Counted from the stretch's first letter, positions 42,687 to 53,212 are shown. The stretch is 64,000 nucleotides of DNA from Acholeplasma sp. (GCA_036677365.1 JAVBWN010000030.1:89422-153421), one strand, 5' to 3'. The notes: generated from the letters alone by a model not told the origin. Program-made: numbers and translations.

Positions 42687-43709
42687 ATGATTGTACAAAT
42701 GAAACCCCAAGCAACAAAAGAACAATTTAAACGCATTTCTGATTTTTTAGTGTCCAAAGGTTTTGGTATCAAAGATGCATCCTCTGAAACCAACATCGTA
42801 TTCGGTATCATTGGCGATACCAAAAGTTTAAACCCAACAGATTTAGAAGCATTTGAAGGTGTATTCCAAGTCACTCGTGTATCTACACCTTACAAACTGG
42901 CAAGTCGATCATTTAAGAGAGAAGACACCATCATCAAAGTTGGCAAAGACATTCTCATTGGTGGGGATCAGTTTGTTGTGATGGCAGGTCCATGTTCGAT
43001 TGAATCATTCGAAAATACGGATGAGATTGCAAAAGCAGTTAAAGCATCAGGTGCGAGAATTTTACGTGGTGGTGCATTCAAACCAAGAACCAGTCCGTAT
43101 GCCTTTCAAGGTATGGGCTTAGAGGGTTTAAAGATCATGCGTGAGGTTGCAGATAAGTACGATTTAGCCATCGTGTCTGAAATCATGAGTGAAGATATGA
43201 TTGAAGCATTTGAACCTTATGTGGATATTTATCAATTAGGGGCACGCAATATGCAAAACTTCCACTTGCTAAAACAATTGGGTGCGAGAACGAAAAAACC
43301 TATTCTATTGAAACGTGGATTATCAGCAACCATCGAAGAGTGGTTGATGAGTGCTGAATACATTATGGCATCCGGAAATGAAAATGTAATCCTTTGTGAA
43401 CGTGGCATTCGTACGTTTGAAAAATATACCAGAAATACATTAGACATCAGCGCAGTATTGGCGATTAAAGAATTATCACACTTACCAGTCATCATTGACC
43501 CTTCTCATGCTGCTGGTAAGTATTCAATGATTGAAAAACTATCCATGGCAAGTTATGCTGTGGGAGCGGATGGACTCATTGTTGAAGTACACCCTGACCC
43601 AGAACATGCGATGAGTGATGGTGCACAATCACTAAAACTCGAAAAGTTTGATCACATGATGCAAGAGTTGAACAAACTTTCGGATGTCCTTGAAAAGAAA
43701 ATCAAATGA
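42687..43709 (+). CDS. aroF: DAHP synthase, type I-beta with N-terminal regulatory (ACT-like) domain
   Basis: AGPCS, GGAFKPRTSPY, KRG, CERGIR, DPSH. Confidence 0.95.
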   Translation: MIVQMKPQATKEQFKRISDFLVSKGFGIKDASSETNIVFGIIGDTKSLNPTDLEAFEGVFQVTRVSTPYKLASRSFKREDTIIKVGKDILIGGDQFVVMAGPCSIESFENTDEIAKAVKASGARILRGGAFKPRTSPYAFQGMGLEGLKIMREVADKYDLAIVSEIMSEDMIEAFEPYVDIYQLGARNMQNFHLLKQLGARTKKPILLKRGLSATIEEWLMSAEYIMASGNENVILCERGIRTFEKYTRNTLDISAVLAIKELSHLPVIIDPSHAAGKYSMIEKLSMASYAVGADGLIVEVHPDPEHAMSDGAQSLKLEKFDHMMQELNKLSDVLEKKIK

Positions 43710-44524
43710 GAGTCTTTATAGCGGGATTGGGCCTTATTGGGGGAAGTTACGCTGAAGGGTTAACTCAAAAAGGCTATGAAGTATACGGTTATAACCGTAC
43801 GAAAGAATCTGAAAAAATTGCCATTGAAAGAGGCTATATTAAAGACGCAGGACTAAAATATCTACCACTCTGTGAAGTGGTTGTTTTAGGTTTCTATCCT
43901 CAGCTGAATGTAACATTTTTGAATGATATCAAAAATGATTTAAGACCAGGACAAATCATCACGGATGTTGCAGGAACCAAAGTGGAGATGATACCTCAAA
44001 TCGAAGCATTACTACCTGCGTATGTGCATTATGTATCACACCATCCGATGGCAGGTAGAGAAACGAAAGGTATCGAACGAGCGGATTGCAACATGTTTAA
44101 AGGTGCGAACTTTTTGATCACGCCTTCAAAACACGCCACACCAGAAGCGATTGAAATCATCAAGCAAATGGGTAGAGACTTAGAGTTCAGAAAAATAACA
44201 GTCATCGATCCAAAGCGACATGACCAGTTGATTGGATTTACTTCACAATTACCGCATGCTATGGCAGTTGCTTTAGTTAACAGTGACACCTACGAGGAAA
44301 CCTCTAGCTTTACTGGGGATTCATTTAGAGACTTAACAAGAATCGCGATGATCAATGAAGTCTTATGGACTGAACTTTTTTTTGAAAATAAAACCATTTT
44401 GATTGAAGAGATAGAAAAATTTGAAAGCGAACTAGACAAGATAAAACAAGCATTGAATGAGAATGATAAGGATGCTTTAGCAAAAATGTTCATTCAGTCG
44501 ACAAAGAAAAGGAGTGGTTTCTAA
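43706..44524 (+). CDS. tyrA: Prephenate dehydrogenase
   Basis: GLGLIGGS, DVAGTK, HPMAGRE, HD..S.LPH, FRDLTRIA. Confidence 0.93.
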   Translation: MRVFIAGLGLIGGSYAEGLTQKGYEVYGYNRTKESEKIAIERGYIKDAGLKYLPLCEVVVLGFYPQLNVTFLNDIKNDLRPGQIITDVAGTKVEMIPQIEALLPAYVHYVSHHPMAGRETKGIERADCNMFKGANFLITPSKHATPEAIEIIKQMGRDLEFRKITVIDPKRHDQLIGFTSQLPHAMAVALVNSDTYEETSSFTGDSFRDLTRIAMINEVLWTELFFENKTILIEEIEKFESELDKIKQALNENDKDALAKMFIQSTKKRSGF

Positions 44525-45567
44525 TGAGAATACAAATGCCGCTAGCTAATCATGCATATGATATATTATTAGACCACAAAGCGATTTTACAGTTACCAGA
44601 TGAAATTAGAAACTTTCATAAAGGCGATAAAATTTACATCATTACAGATCGGAATGTAGACCGTCTTCATCATCATTTAATCCAAGGTATTTTAAAGGAT
44701 TTTTCATTAAATTTTGTGGTGGTTGAACCTGGTGAATCCTCTAAATCTTTTCAAGTCTATGAATCCGTGATTGATCAACTAATTCAACACGGGATGAAAC
44801 GAACAGATTTGTTGATTGCTTTTGGTGGGGGAGTCATCGGTGATTTAGGTGGATTCGTAGCATCCACTTTATATCGAGGTGTCCCTTATATTCAAATACC
44901 AACCACACTGCTTGCACAAGTTGATTCATCTGTAGGCGGGAAAACGGCTATAAATAGCAGTAAAGGTAAAAATATGGTGGGTACATTTTATCAACCAAAA
45001 CTTGTCATCATTGACCCTGATTTTCTAAAAACATTACCTGATTTCGAATATAAAAACGGTATGGCTGAAGTGATTAAATCGGCATATATTGGCGATGTAG
45101 TATTACAAGATAAATTACTCAAAGGTCAAATAAGGACGCTTGAGATGATTGAACGATCCATTCTAGTTAAGAAAAACGTAGTACTCGTCGATGAATTCGA
45201 TTTGAATGAACGTATGTATTTGAATTTCGGACATACATTTGGACATGCACTCGAAAAACAGAGCAACTATGAGATTGCACACGGTTATGCTGTGGCTGAA
45301 GGCATGCTCATGGCTATTCATATTGGTGAACGCTTAGGTATTACACCTAAAACGATATTTAAAAGTTTAAAACTATTATTAGAAAAGTATGATTTAGGGT
45401 TATTGAATACAAATCCTGTGCCACTCATTGACGATATTTTCTATGACAAGAAAAACACCCATGGGCAATTGAAGATGGTATTCTTAAGTGATATTGGGAA
45501 ACCAATGATTCAACCAATTACTAAGGAGGTACTGTATGAATGTTATCATTCACAAACCTCTAAGTGA
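44524..45567 (+). CDS. aroB: 3-dehydroquinate synthase
   Basis: GGGVIGD, PTTLLAQVDSSVGGKT, LNFGHTFGHA. Confidence 0.97.
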   Translation: MRIQMPLANHAYDILLDHKAILQLPDEIRNFHKGDKIYIITDRNVDRLHHHLIQGILKDFSLNFVVVEPGESSKSFQVYESVIDQLIQHGMKRTDLLIAFGGGVIGDLGGFVASTLYRGVPYIQIPTTLLAQVDSSVGGKTAINSSKGKNMVGTFYQPKLVIIDPDFLKTLPDFEYKNGMAEVIKSAYIGDVVLQDKLLKGQIRTLEMIERSILVKKNVVLVDEFDLNERMYLNFGHTFGHALEKQSNYEIAHGYAVAEGMLMAIHIGERLGITPKTIFKSLKLLLEKYDLGLLNTNPVPLIDDIFYDKKNTHGQLKMVFLSDIGKPMIQPITKEVLYECYHSQTSK

Positions 45568-46798
45568 GGGCAATATTGAAGTTGTACCAAGCAAATCAAT
45601 CACACACCGTGCACTGATCGCTGCCGCATTAGCACATGGAAGAAGTCTCATTAAAAGACCATTAGAGTCTGAGGATACAGAAGCAACCATCGATATGTTA
45701 AGAGCACTTGGTGTTACGATTACAAAGACCACTGAAGGCATCATTGTTGAGTCCAATGGTATTCAAAAACCATCAAGAATTTTGTTCGCAAATGAATCTG
45801 GATCTAGTTTAAGATTCTTAGTACCAGTTGCACTTACGGTAGACACTGAAGTGACCTTTGATGGCAAACCAGGCTTACGAAAAAGACCCATTTCAGAGTA
45901 CTTAAGGGTATTTGACCAAATGGGCATCAAATATCGCCAATTTGATGAAAATTTACCCCTTGAAATTAAGGGTCAATTGGTCCCTGGTGAATATAGAATT
46001 TCAGGTAGTATTTCTAGTCAATTTGTGACTGGTCTATTGTATGCTTTACCACTACTTAAAAGTGACTCAAAACTGATTTTAGAGACACCCCTAGAATCAA
46101 AGGATTATGTCGATATGACGATATCAATTCAACGTCAGTTCGGTGTTGAAATTGAACCAATTCAAGAGGGATATTTTATCAAGGGAAATCAAAAGTATTG
46201 TGAAAAAACGTTTGAAGTATCAGGTGACTTTTCACAGGCTGCGTTCCACATTGTTGCAGGAATTTTAGGTGCAAAATTGAGCCTATCCAAAATTGAGCAA
46301 AACACCCATCAAGCGGACGAAAAAATTCTTGAAATCGTAAAAATGATGGGCGGAGGTATAAAATTCGATAATGGCACAATAGAGCCAAAATCAAGTCAAA
46401 CACATGGTAGAGTAATAGACTTATCACAGTGCCCTGATATAGGACCGATAATGGCTGTACTATGCGCTTTATCGGAAGGTGAGTCACGTATTATTAATGC
46501 ATCTCGACTCAGAATCAAGGAATCTGACCGAATTACAGCCATCACAACTGAGCTAAATAAACTTGGTGCTAAGATTAGTGAGACTAAGGATGGCATGATT
46601 ATTCAAGGTGTTAAAAACTTCAAATCAAATATGAACTTATATTCATGGAATGACCACCGGATAGTCATGGCTTTAGCAATCGCAGCCATCAAAACAGATG
46701 GTCCAATTCGAATTGTTGGTGCAGAAGCTATTAATAAATCCTATCCCACTTTCTTTGAAGATTATGTTAAACTGAAAGGAGAAATATCTTATGAATAA
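45536..46798 (+). CDS. aroA: EPSP synthase
   Basis: SKSITHR, ESGSSLRF, SSQF, LRIKESDR, NDHRI, KSYP. Confidence 0.97.
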   Translation: MNVIIHKPLSEGNIEVVPSKSITHRALIAAALAHGRSLIKRPLESEDTEATIDMLRALGVTITKTTEGIIVESNGIQKPSRILFANESGSSLRFLVPVALTVDTEVTFDGKPGLRKRPISEYLRVFDQMGIKYRQFDENLPLEIKGQLVPGEYRISGSISSQFVTGLLYALPLLKSDSKLILETPLESKDYVDMTISIQRQFGVEIEPIQEGYFIKGNQKYCEKTFEVSGDFSQAAFHIVAGILGAKLSLSKIEQNTHQADEKILEIVKMMGGGIKFDNGTIEPKSSQTHGRVIDLSQCPDIGPIMAVLCALSEGESRIINASRLRIKESDRITAITTELNKLGAKISETKDGMIIQGVKNFKSNMNLYSWNDHRIVMALAIAAIKTDGPIRIVGAEAINKSYPTFFEDYVKLKGEISYE

Positions 46799-47060
46799 AT
46801 TAGAAGAGGCTCGTTTACGTATTGATCAGATAGACCAACAAATGGCTGATCTATTCAAAGCGCGTATGATTGCTGTTATTGATGTACTAGACTACAAAAA
46901 GCAAAATCATCTTCCCGTATTAGATGCAACAAGAGAGATGAAGATGATCGATAAAAATGTAGCTAGATTTAATACACCAGAATTAGAAGCCTATTACAAA
47001 CAATTTCTAAAATCGATTCTTGAGATATCTAGAACTTATCAGGAGGATCATTATGAATAG
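46791..47060 (+). CDS. Chorismate mutase (AroQ/CM_2 type)
   Basis: LEEARLRIDQID, YKK...PVLDATRE; location in the aro operon. Confidence 0.9.
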   Translation: MNKLEEARLRIDQIDQQMADLFKARMIAVIDVLDYKKQNHLPVLDATREMKMIDKNVARFNTPELEAYYKQFLKSILEISRTYQEDHYE

Positions 47061-47844
47061 ATTTGGACTCATCGGTAGAAATATCAGTTATTCATTGTCT
47101 AAAAGAATCCATGAGGGCATCGCTCGTATGAATGGGTATCGTTTGGTTTATGACATTTTTGACTGTGATACAGAATTGGATGTTGTTGCGAGACTAAATT
47201 TATTAAGACAAGGTTCACTCAAAGGCTTGAATGTGACCATCCCATACAAAGAATCGGTGATGCGTTATTGTGACCGCTTAACAGAAACAGCCAAAGAGAT
47301 TGGTGCAGTCAATACATTGTATATGGTAGATAATGAATTGGTAGGCGATAACACCGATTATTATGGTTTCATTAAACTATTGAATTTATACCATGTGAAT
47401 CCTAAAGGTAAAGTATCTTATATTTTAGGTTCAGGTGGTGCCGCTAAAGCAGTGCACTACGCGTTGAAATCTTTAGGTGCGAAAGCTGTCGTGGTCTCAC
47501 GCGATAAGGAAAAGATTAAAGAGCAATTTCAATTGGTTGCTGGTTATGAAGTTTTAGATATTGTTCCTAAGATTGATATCATGGTAAATACAACACCCAT
47601 CGGTACTTCACCTAGAGGTGACCAAATGCCAGTATCCAAAGCCATTGCACAAAAAACAGTGGTGGCTATTGATTTAATCTATAACCCTAAAGAAACCATG
47701 TTTATGAAAACAGCAAGTTTTGGTATTGGTGGTGCTATGATGCTTGTCGGTCAAGCGATGAAATCTCAGGCTATTTGGCTTGATCGTGCTATTGATGAAT
47801 CTAAAGAAGCTTTTGATGCACTTGTAGAGGAGATGCATTCATGA
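47053..47844 (+). CDS. aroE: Shikimate dehydrogenase
   Basis: SLS..IH, NVTIPYK, GAVNT, NTDYYG, GSGGAAKA; start at ATG 47053 after AGGAGG. Confidence 0.94.
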   Translation: MNRFGLIGRNISYSLSKRIHEGIARMNGYRLVYDIFDCDTELDVVARLNLLRQGSLKGLNVTIPYKESVMRYCDRLTETAKEIGAVNTLYMVDNELVGDNTDYYGFIKLLNLYHVNPKGKVSYILGSGGAAKAVHYALKSLGAKAVVVSRDKEKIKEQFQLVAGYEVLDIVPKIDIMVNTTPIGTSPRGDQMPVSKAIAQKTVVAIDLIYNPKETMFMKTASFGIGGAMMLVGQAMKSQAIWLDRAIDESKEAFDALVEEMHS

Positions 47845-48827
47845 ACCATTTTGGTACTTTATTCTCAGTTAATATTTACGGAGAATCCCATGGTAAAGCC
47901 GTTGGCATCGTCATTGATGGTATGACACCAGGTGTCTTTGTGGATGAAAAACTATTGTTATCTGATTTAAATCGTAGGAAAGCTGGTGCCGTTGGGACAA
48001 CCAAAAGAATCGAAGCAGATGAACCGAAAATTATCTCAGGTGTCTATCGTGGATACACCACAGGTGCACCTATTCATGTGATGTTTGAAAATACCAATAC
48101 AAGAAGTGAAGACTATAATAACCTACTAAAACAACCTCGACCTGGGCATGCCGATTTCACCAGTTTTGTGAAATATAAGGGTTTTGCCGATCAACGCGGG
48201 GGCGGTCATTTTTCAGGTAGGCTTACCACAGGTATAGTTGCCGCGGGTTCATTTGCTAAGATGTTACTTAACGTAGCTTTTGAATCGAAACTCGTACGTG
48301 TCGGTGATCTTACAGACATGCATGGCTTAGATGAATATTTACAAGGTATCTCTGAAAGTTTTGATTCGGTAGGCGGCATTGTCGAAGTAAGAGTCCGTAA
48401 CCTTGAAGTTGGTATTGGTGAACCGTTCTTTGATTCGGTTGAGAGTAAAATCGCCCATATGGTATTTTCAGTTCCAGCGATTAAGGGTATCGAATTTGGT
48501 ATTGGTTTTAAAGGCATTGAATTGAGAGGGTCGCAATTCAATGATCCAATCGTAGATGCTAAAGGAAGAACTGAAACCAACCACAATGGGGGATTGAATG
48601 GTGGTATCACCAATGGCAATGAATTGGTAGTACGTGTATTCGTTAAACCAGCATCGAGCATATTCTTAAAACAAGATACATTTGACTTTGAAACGAATTC
48701 TGTACAATCTTTACAAATCGAAGGTAGACATGACGCATGTATCGCTAGACGTGCGGTGGTTGTCATTGAAAATGCGATTGCGATTGCTCTCGCCGATTTG
48801 TATCTTCAAAAAAAATCAAGGGAGTAA
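47841..48827 (+). CDS. aroC: Chorismate synthase
   Basis: GESHG, RPGHAD, GGHFSGRLT, GRHD. Confidence 0.97.
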   Translation: MNHFGTLFSVNIYGESHGKAVGIVIDGMTPGVFVDEKLLLSDLNRRKAGAVGTTKRIEADEPKIISGVYRGYTTGAPIHVMFENTNTRSEDYNNLLKQPRPGHADFTSFVKYKGFADQRGGGHFSGRLTTGIVAAGSFAKMLLNVAFESKLVRVGDLTDMHGLDEYLQGISESFDSVGGIVEVRVRNLEVGIGEPFFDSVESKIAHMVFSVPAIKGIEFGIGFKGIELRGSQFNDPIVDAKGRTETNHNGGLNGGITNGNELVVRVFVKPASSIFLKQDTFDFETNSVQSLQIEGRHDACIARRAVVVIENAIAIALADLYLQKKSRE

Positions 48828-48837
48828 TCCCTTTTTT
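48818..48837 (+). terminator. aro operon terminator
   Basis: AAGGGA-GTAA-TCCCTT followed by T-run. Confidence 0.65.
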
Positions 48838-48882
48838 GTTATAATGAAAGTGGTATGAATTATTATATTCCTAAGAATATAG

Positions 48883-50838
48883 GTGGCACTATTGACGAGA
48901 ATCATCGATGTAAAAGGTGTTGGTAAAACACTCGAACTACAATTTCATGCACATGGTATCCACACGGCTTACGATTTATTGATGCGTTACCCAGTAAAAT
49001 ATCAATCCTTTGAAGAGGATTCTTTATTGCTGGCTGTTGATAAAACAGAGGTAACTGTAACCGGGCTTGTGATTGATTTACCAAAAATCGTCAATCATCG
49101 AGGTAACCTTAAATCATTACATTTTCACATCCTTGTCGATAACGAAAAAGTTAAGGTAGTTGCTTTTAGACGAGAATATCTGAAAGAAGCATTGACTGAA
49201 AACCTCTCCATTACGGTTAAAGGTCGGTTTGAAAAAAAGAAAAAATTAATTACAGCAAGTGCAATCTTATTGAAACCTTTAGCAAGCTCATTTAAACCAA
49301 TTTATAATCTAGAACCAATCTATGATTCAGTCATTTCTAAAATTGTTAAAAACATATTGGATCAAGGTTTGGTAGAAATGTATGAGACGTTACCACTTAA
49401 ATTAATCCAAGATGAGGGTCTGTTATCTAGAAATCAACTCATTCAAAAAATCCATCAACCAACGTCTGAAGAAGACATCAAACAGGCTTACTACAGATTA
49501 AAGTATGAAGAAGCACTCATTTTTCAATATAAGATGATGTCACAAAAACTCTTACTCGAAAACGACACCAAACCAATCAAGCAATATCAGTTAGACAAAG
49601 TCAAAGCATTCATCGAGACCATACCTTACGAATTAACTCAAGATCAAAAAGAGGCAGTCAATGATATTTTTAGGGATTTCAAAAAACCATACCCAACCAA
49701 ACGTTTGATTCAAGGTGATGTTGGATCTGGGAAGACCATTGTTGTTGCTATAGGCATTATGGGTGCGAAAACAGCAGGTTATCAGAGTGCTTTGATGGCG
49801 CCAACTGAAATATTGGCTGAACAACACTATCACTATTTTAAAACCATGTTTAAGGATTTGAATGTCGCTTTACTTACAGGATCTACCAAAAACAAAGCCT
49901 ATTTAAAAGCTCGAATACTACGGGGAGATATCGATTTAGTCATCGGTACACATGCGCTTGTGACCGATGATGTATTGTTCCATGATCTTGGATTTGTTAT
50001 CATTGATGAACAACACCGTTTCGGTGTTGAAACCAGAGAATCACTAAAAAACAAAGGCATAGCAGATACGGTTTATTTGACAGCAACGCCAATTCCTAGA
50101 ACCTTAGCCATCGTCTTATTTGGTGATATGGAAGTTTCAGTCATCAAAGAAAAACCGCTTGGAAGAAAAGAGATTCAAACCAGGTACTTTCAAAAATCTC
50201 AAGAGCATGCTGTCTTTGAACATGTAAAAAAAGAACTCGATATGGGACATCAGGCATTCTTTATTGCACCATCCATCGATTCACTTGAACGAGGTGAAAA
50301 TGTCATTGGTCTATATGAACGTGTCCAAGCAATATTTGCACACTACGATGTATTTATGCTTCATGGTAAATTGTCCACTCAAGAAAAAAATGATGTGATT
50401 CAACAATTTTACAATGCTAAAGGTGCAATCCTTGTATCGACAACGGTTGTTGAAGTTGGCATTGATATGCCGCTTGCAACCATGATGGTCATATTTGATG
50501 GTGAGTATTTTGGTTTAAGCCAACTTCATCAGTTGCGAGGACGTGTTGGTCGAAGTGACCTTCAGAGCCACTGTTATGTCATATCAGACGAATCTGATAT
50601 AGAAAGACTATCTTTCTTTTCTAAAACCAATGACGGTTTCTTATTATCGGAATTTGATTTGTCTAAACGGGGCCCTGGTGAATTTCTTGGCGTGAGACAA
50701 AGTGGATTAATCAAGTTTGCTTATGCAGATATTGGCACCGATTTCGATTTATTCTTGAAAGTGAAAGAAGCCGCACTCTGGATACTAAAAAATGACCGAA
50801 TCAATCAAACATTTAGAAAACTTTACAAATTGGAGTAA
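48883..50838 (+). CDS. recG: ATP-dependent DNA helicase RecG
   Basis: QGDVGSGKT, DEQHRFG, TATPIPR, QLRGRVGR, RGPGE. Confidence 0.97.
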   Translation: MALLTRIIDVKGVGKTLELQFHAHGIHTAYDLLMRYPVKYQSFEEDSLLLAVDKTEVTVTGLVIDLPKIVNHRGNLKSLHFHILVDNEKVKVVAFRREYLKEALTENLSITVKGRFEKKKKLITASAILLKPLASSFKPIYNLEPIYDSVISKIVKNILDQGLVEMYETLPLKLIQDEGLLSRNQLIQKIHQPTSEEDIKQAYYRLKYEEALIFQYKMMSQKLLLENDTKPIKQYQLDKVKAFIETIPYELTQDQKEAVNDIFRDFKKPYPTKRLIQGDVGSGKTIVVAIGIMGAKTAGYQSALMAPTEILAEQHYHYFKTMFKDLNVALLTGSTKNKAYLKARILRGDIDLVIGTHALVTDDVLFHDLGFVIIDEQHRFGVETRESLKNKGIADTVYLTATPIPRTLAIVLFGDMEVSVIKEKPLGRKEIQTRYFQKSQEHAVFEHVKKELDMGHQAFFIAPSIDSLERGENVIGLYERVQAIFAHYDVFMLHGKLSTQEKNDVIQQFYNAKGAILVSTTVVEVGIDMPLATMMVIFDGEYFGLSQLHQLRGRVGRSDLQSHCYVISDESDIERLSFFSKTNDGFLLSEFDLSKRGPGEFLGVRQSGLIKFAYADIGTDFDLFLKVKEAALWILKNDRINQTFRKLYKLE

Positions 50839-50916
50839 ATTGATTTGAACATAAAAACAATCTCTTTTATAAAAAGAGGGTAAATGCTATAATGAGATAA
50901 AATGGGAGGATTACTC

Positions 50917-51936
50917 ATGATTAAAATAGCTATTGATGCGATGGGTGGAGACAATGCCCCAGTTGAAATTGTCAAAGGATGCGATTTAGCTTTAGATGCA
51001 TACCCAGACATTGAACTGGTTCTGTTTGGCAATGAAGCTGAAATCAAATCATTATTAAAACATAAAGAACGTGTCACAGTTGTAAATACGACAGAAATCA
51101 TTTCTATGGGTGAAAAAGACCCAGTGAAAGCAATTCGTAACAACCGTGACTCATCTATGGTAAAAGCGCTTTATTCAGCGAAAAATGGTGAAACCAGTGC
51201 GGTTGTTTCCGCTGGACCAACCCAAGCATTGATTGTAGGTGCTCACCTAGTGATCAAGCGTATGGAAAAAATGCATCGAGTTGCACTAGCACCAATCATT
51301 CCGTCTGTTGACCAAAAGGGTAGAATATTGCTTGATGTCGGCGCTAATATAGAATTAAGAGCTGAGCACATGCTTGAACTTGCACTTTATGCCACCGTTG
51401 TTTCTAGAGAATATTTGGGTGTTGAAAATCCAAGTGTCGCACTAATGAATATCGGTACTGAAGAAGGCAAAGGCCGTGAATTAGAAAAAGAAACTTTCAA
51501 ACTTTTAAAAGAGAATCCACAAATCAACTTCCTTGGGAACATTGAAGGAAAAGAAATACTCACAACTGAAGCGAACATTGTACTCACCGATGGCTATACA
51601 GGCAATGTTTTGATGAAGACCATGGAAGGGACAGCTAAAGGCATGGGAAACATGCTTAAAGAAGAAATCAAATCCAGTCTCATGGGAAAAATCGGTTATC
51701 TCTTTATGAAGAAAAATCTTAAACGTTTCCAAAAACGTATGGATGCTTCAGAAATTGGTGGGGCTATGATTTTTGGTATCAAAGCACCGGTCATCAAAGC
51801 GCACGGTTCAAGTAACGCTTACGCATTCATGAATGCAATCAGACAAGCAAGACAATTTGTATCTAACAAAGTCGTTGAAAAAGTTGAGCTTGCACTCAAA
51901 GACATCATTATAGAAGAAAGCAGTGATTCCAATTAG
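50917..51936 (+). CDS. plsX: Phosphate acyltransferase PlsX
   Basis: IAIDAMGGDNAP, LDVGAN, NIGTEEGKG, KAHGSS. Confidence 0.97.
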   Translation: MIKIAIDAMGGDNAPVEIVKGCDLALDAYPDIELVLFGNEAEIKSLLKHKERVTVVNTTEIISMGEKDPVKAIRNNRDSSMVKALYSAKNGETSAVVSAGPTQALIVGAHLVIKRMEKMHRVALAPIIPSVDQKGRILLDVGANIELRAEHMLELALYATVVSREYLGVENPSVALMNIGTEEGKGRELEKETFKLLKENPQINFLGNIEGKEILTTEANIVLTDGYTGNVLMKTMEGTAKGMGNMLKEEIKSSLMGKIGYLFMKKNLKRFQKRMDASEIGGAMIFGIKAPVIKAHGSSNAYAFMNAIRQARQFVSNKVVEKVELALKDIIIEESSDSN

Positions 51937-52588
51937 TACGCTAGAACATAAACTCGGCATCGAGTTAAACAACAAACAATTATTGACGCAAGCACTCACG
52001 CATGCGTCATACGCAAACGAGCACAATAGTCCAGATAACGAACGCCTAGAATTTTTAGGCGATGCCGTTATCGGTCTTTTAATGGGTGATTACCTTTTTC
52101 ATAAAGGTATCCCATCAGAAGGCGAGATGTCTAAAAAACGTGCCCAATTGGTGTGTGAAGAAGCACTCAATCATTACGCTAAAAAAATCAATTTAGCTCA
52201 AGAGTTGCATTTAGGTAAAGGTGGAGAATTATCGAATGGTCGATTAAATCCATCGATTGTCGCAGATGCCTTTGAAGCTATTTTTGGTGCCGTATTTTTA
52301 GACCAAGGTTTTCAAACCGCAAAGGATTTGTTTTATCGAATAGTCATACCATATTTAGATGAAGTCTACATTAAAGATTATAAATCTACCCTTCAAGAAT
52401 TGGTTCAAACCGATCGTAGAAATATCGCCTACCATATGGAAAATCAAAGTGGCCCATCCCATGATCGTGTATTTACCGTTTCGGTCAGAATGGATGATAT
52501 CACGCTAGGTGTTGGTGTCGGTAGAACGAAAAAAGAAGCTGAGCAAAATGCAGCGAGAGAAGCACTCAACATTCTCGCAAAGGAGTAA
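51923..52588 (+). CDS. rnc: Ribonuclease III
   Basis: NERLEFLGDA, C-terminal dsRBD. Confidence 0.97.
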   Translation: MIPISTLEHKLGIELNNKQLLTQALTHASYANEHNSPDNERLEFLGDAVIGLLMGDYLFHKGIPSEGEMSKKRAQLVCEEALNHYAKKINLAQELHLGKGGELSNGRLNPSIVADAFEAIFGAVFLDQGFQTAKDLFYRIVIPYLDEVYIKDYKSTLQELVQTDRRNIAYHMENQSGPSHDRVFTVSVRMDDITLGVGVGRTKKEAEQNAAREALNILAKE

Positions 52589-52591
52589 ACT

Positions 52592-53212
52592 ATGTTTCGT
52601 AAAATGATCGAAGATGGTTATCTCAACATCCACAAATTACTGCTCAAAGAACAACAACGTCTTGGCCTGCAAGCTGAAGAGGTTGTTTTGTTATCAGCAT
52701 TAGCAACATTATTAGAAAAGAAAAAAAACACCGTTTCAATTACGGCATTATCCAAAGCCATCAATTATCCTGTTTCTAAGACAGGTGATTTATTCACTGA
52801 GTTGATTAAGCGTGGTTATCTCAACACAGAACTTGAATTAAAATCCGATGGAAAAGAAAAAGAGGTTTTTACGCTTGAACCCCTTTTTGATAAGATTAAA
52901 TCAACTTTTGAAGCTGAAATTAAGCAACAAAGGGAATCAAAAAACGAAAGTGATGTAGTTTATATCATTCAAGCGATTGAAAAAGCATTCGGTCGTACAT
53001 TATCCGCTTTCGATTTAGAGATGGTTAAGGAATGGTTTAGTGAAAGTTTCACAAAAGCCCAAATGGAAGGGGCAATCCAGGTGACTTTAAACCACCACAA
53101 AAAAACGGTCTCCTACATTGATCGTGTTTTAAGAAGTGATGACCTTATGCCAACTGAACTCGATGATAAGAAAAAGGCAGCCATTGACAAATTGATTAGA
53201 GGTATCAAGTGA
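52592..53212 (+). CDS. dnaD: DnaD-family replication protein
   Basis: FGRTLS and YIDRVL (YIxxIL) motifs; conserved dnaD-nth order. Confidence 0.8.
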   Translation: MFRKMIEDGYLNIHKLLLKEQQRLGLQAEEVVLLSALATLLEKKKNTVSITALSKAINYPVSKTGDLFTELIKRGYLNTELELKSDGKEKEVFTLEPLFDKIKSTFEAEIKQQRESKNESDVVYIIQAIEKAFGRTLSAFDLEMVKEWFSESFTKAQMEGAIQVTLNHHKKTVSYIDRVLRSDDLMPTELDDKKKAAIDKLIRGIK

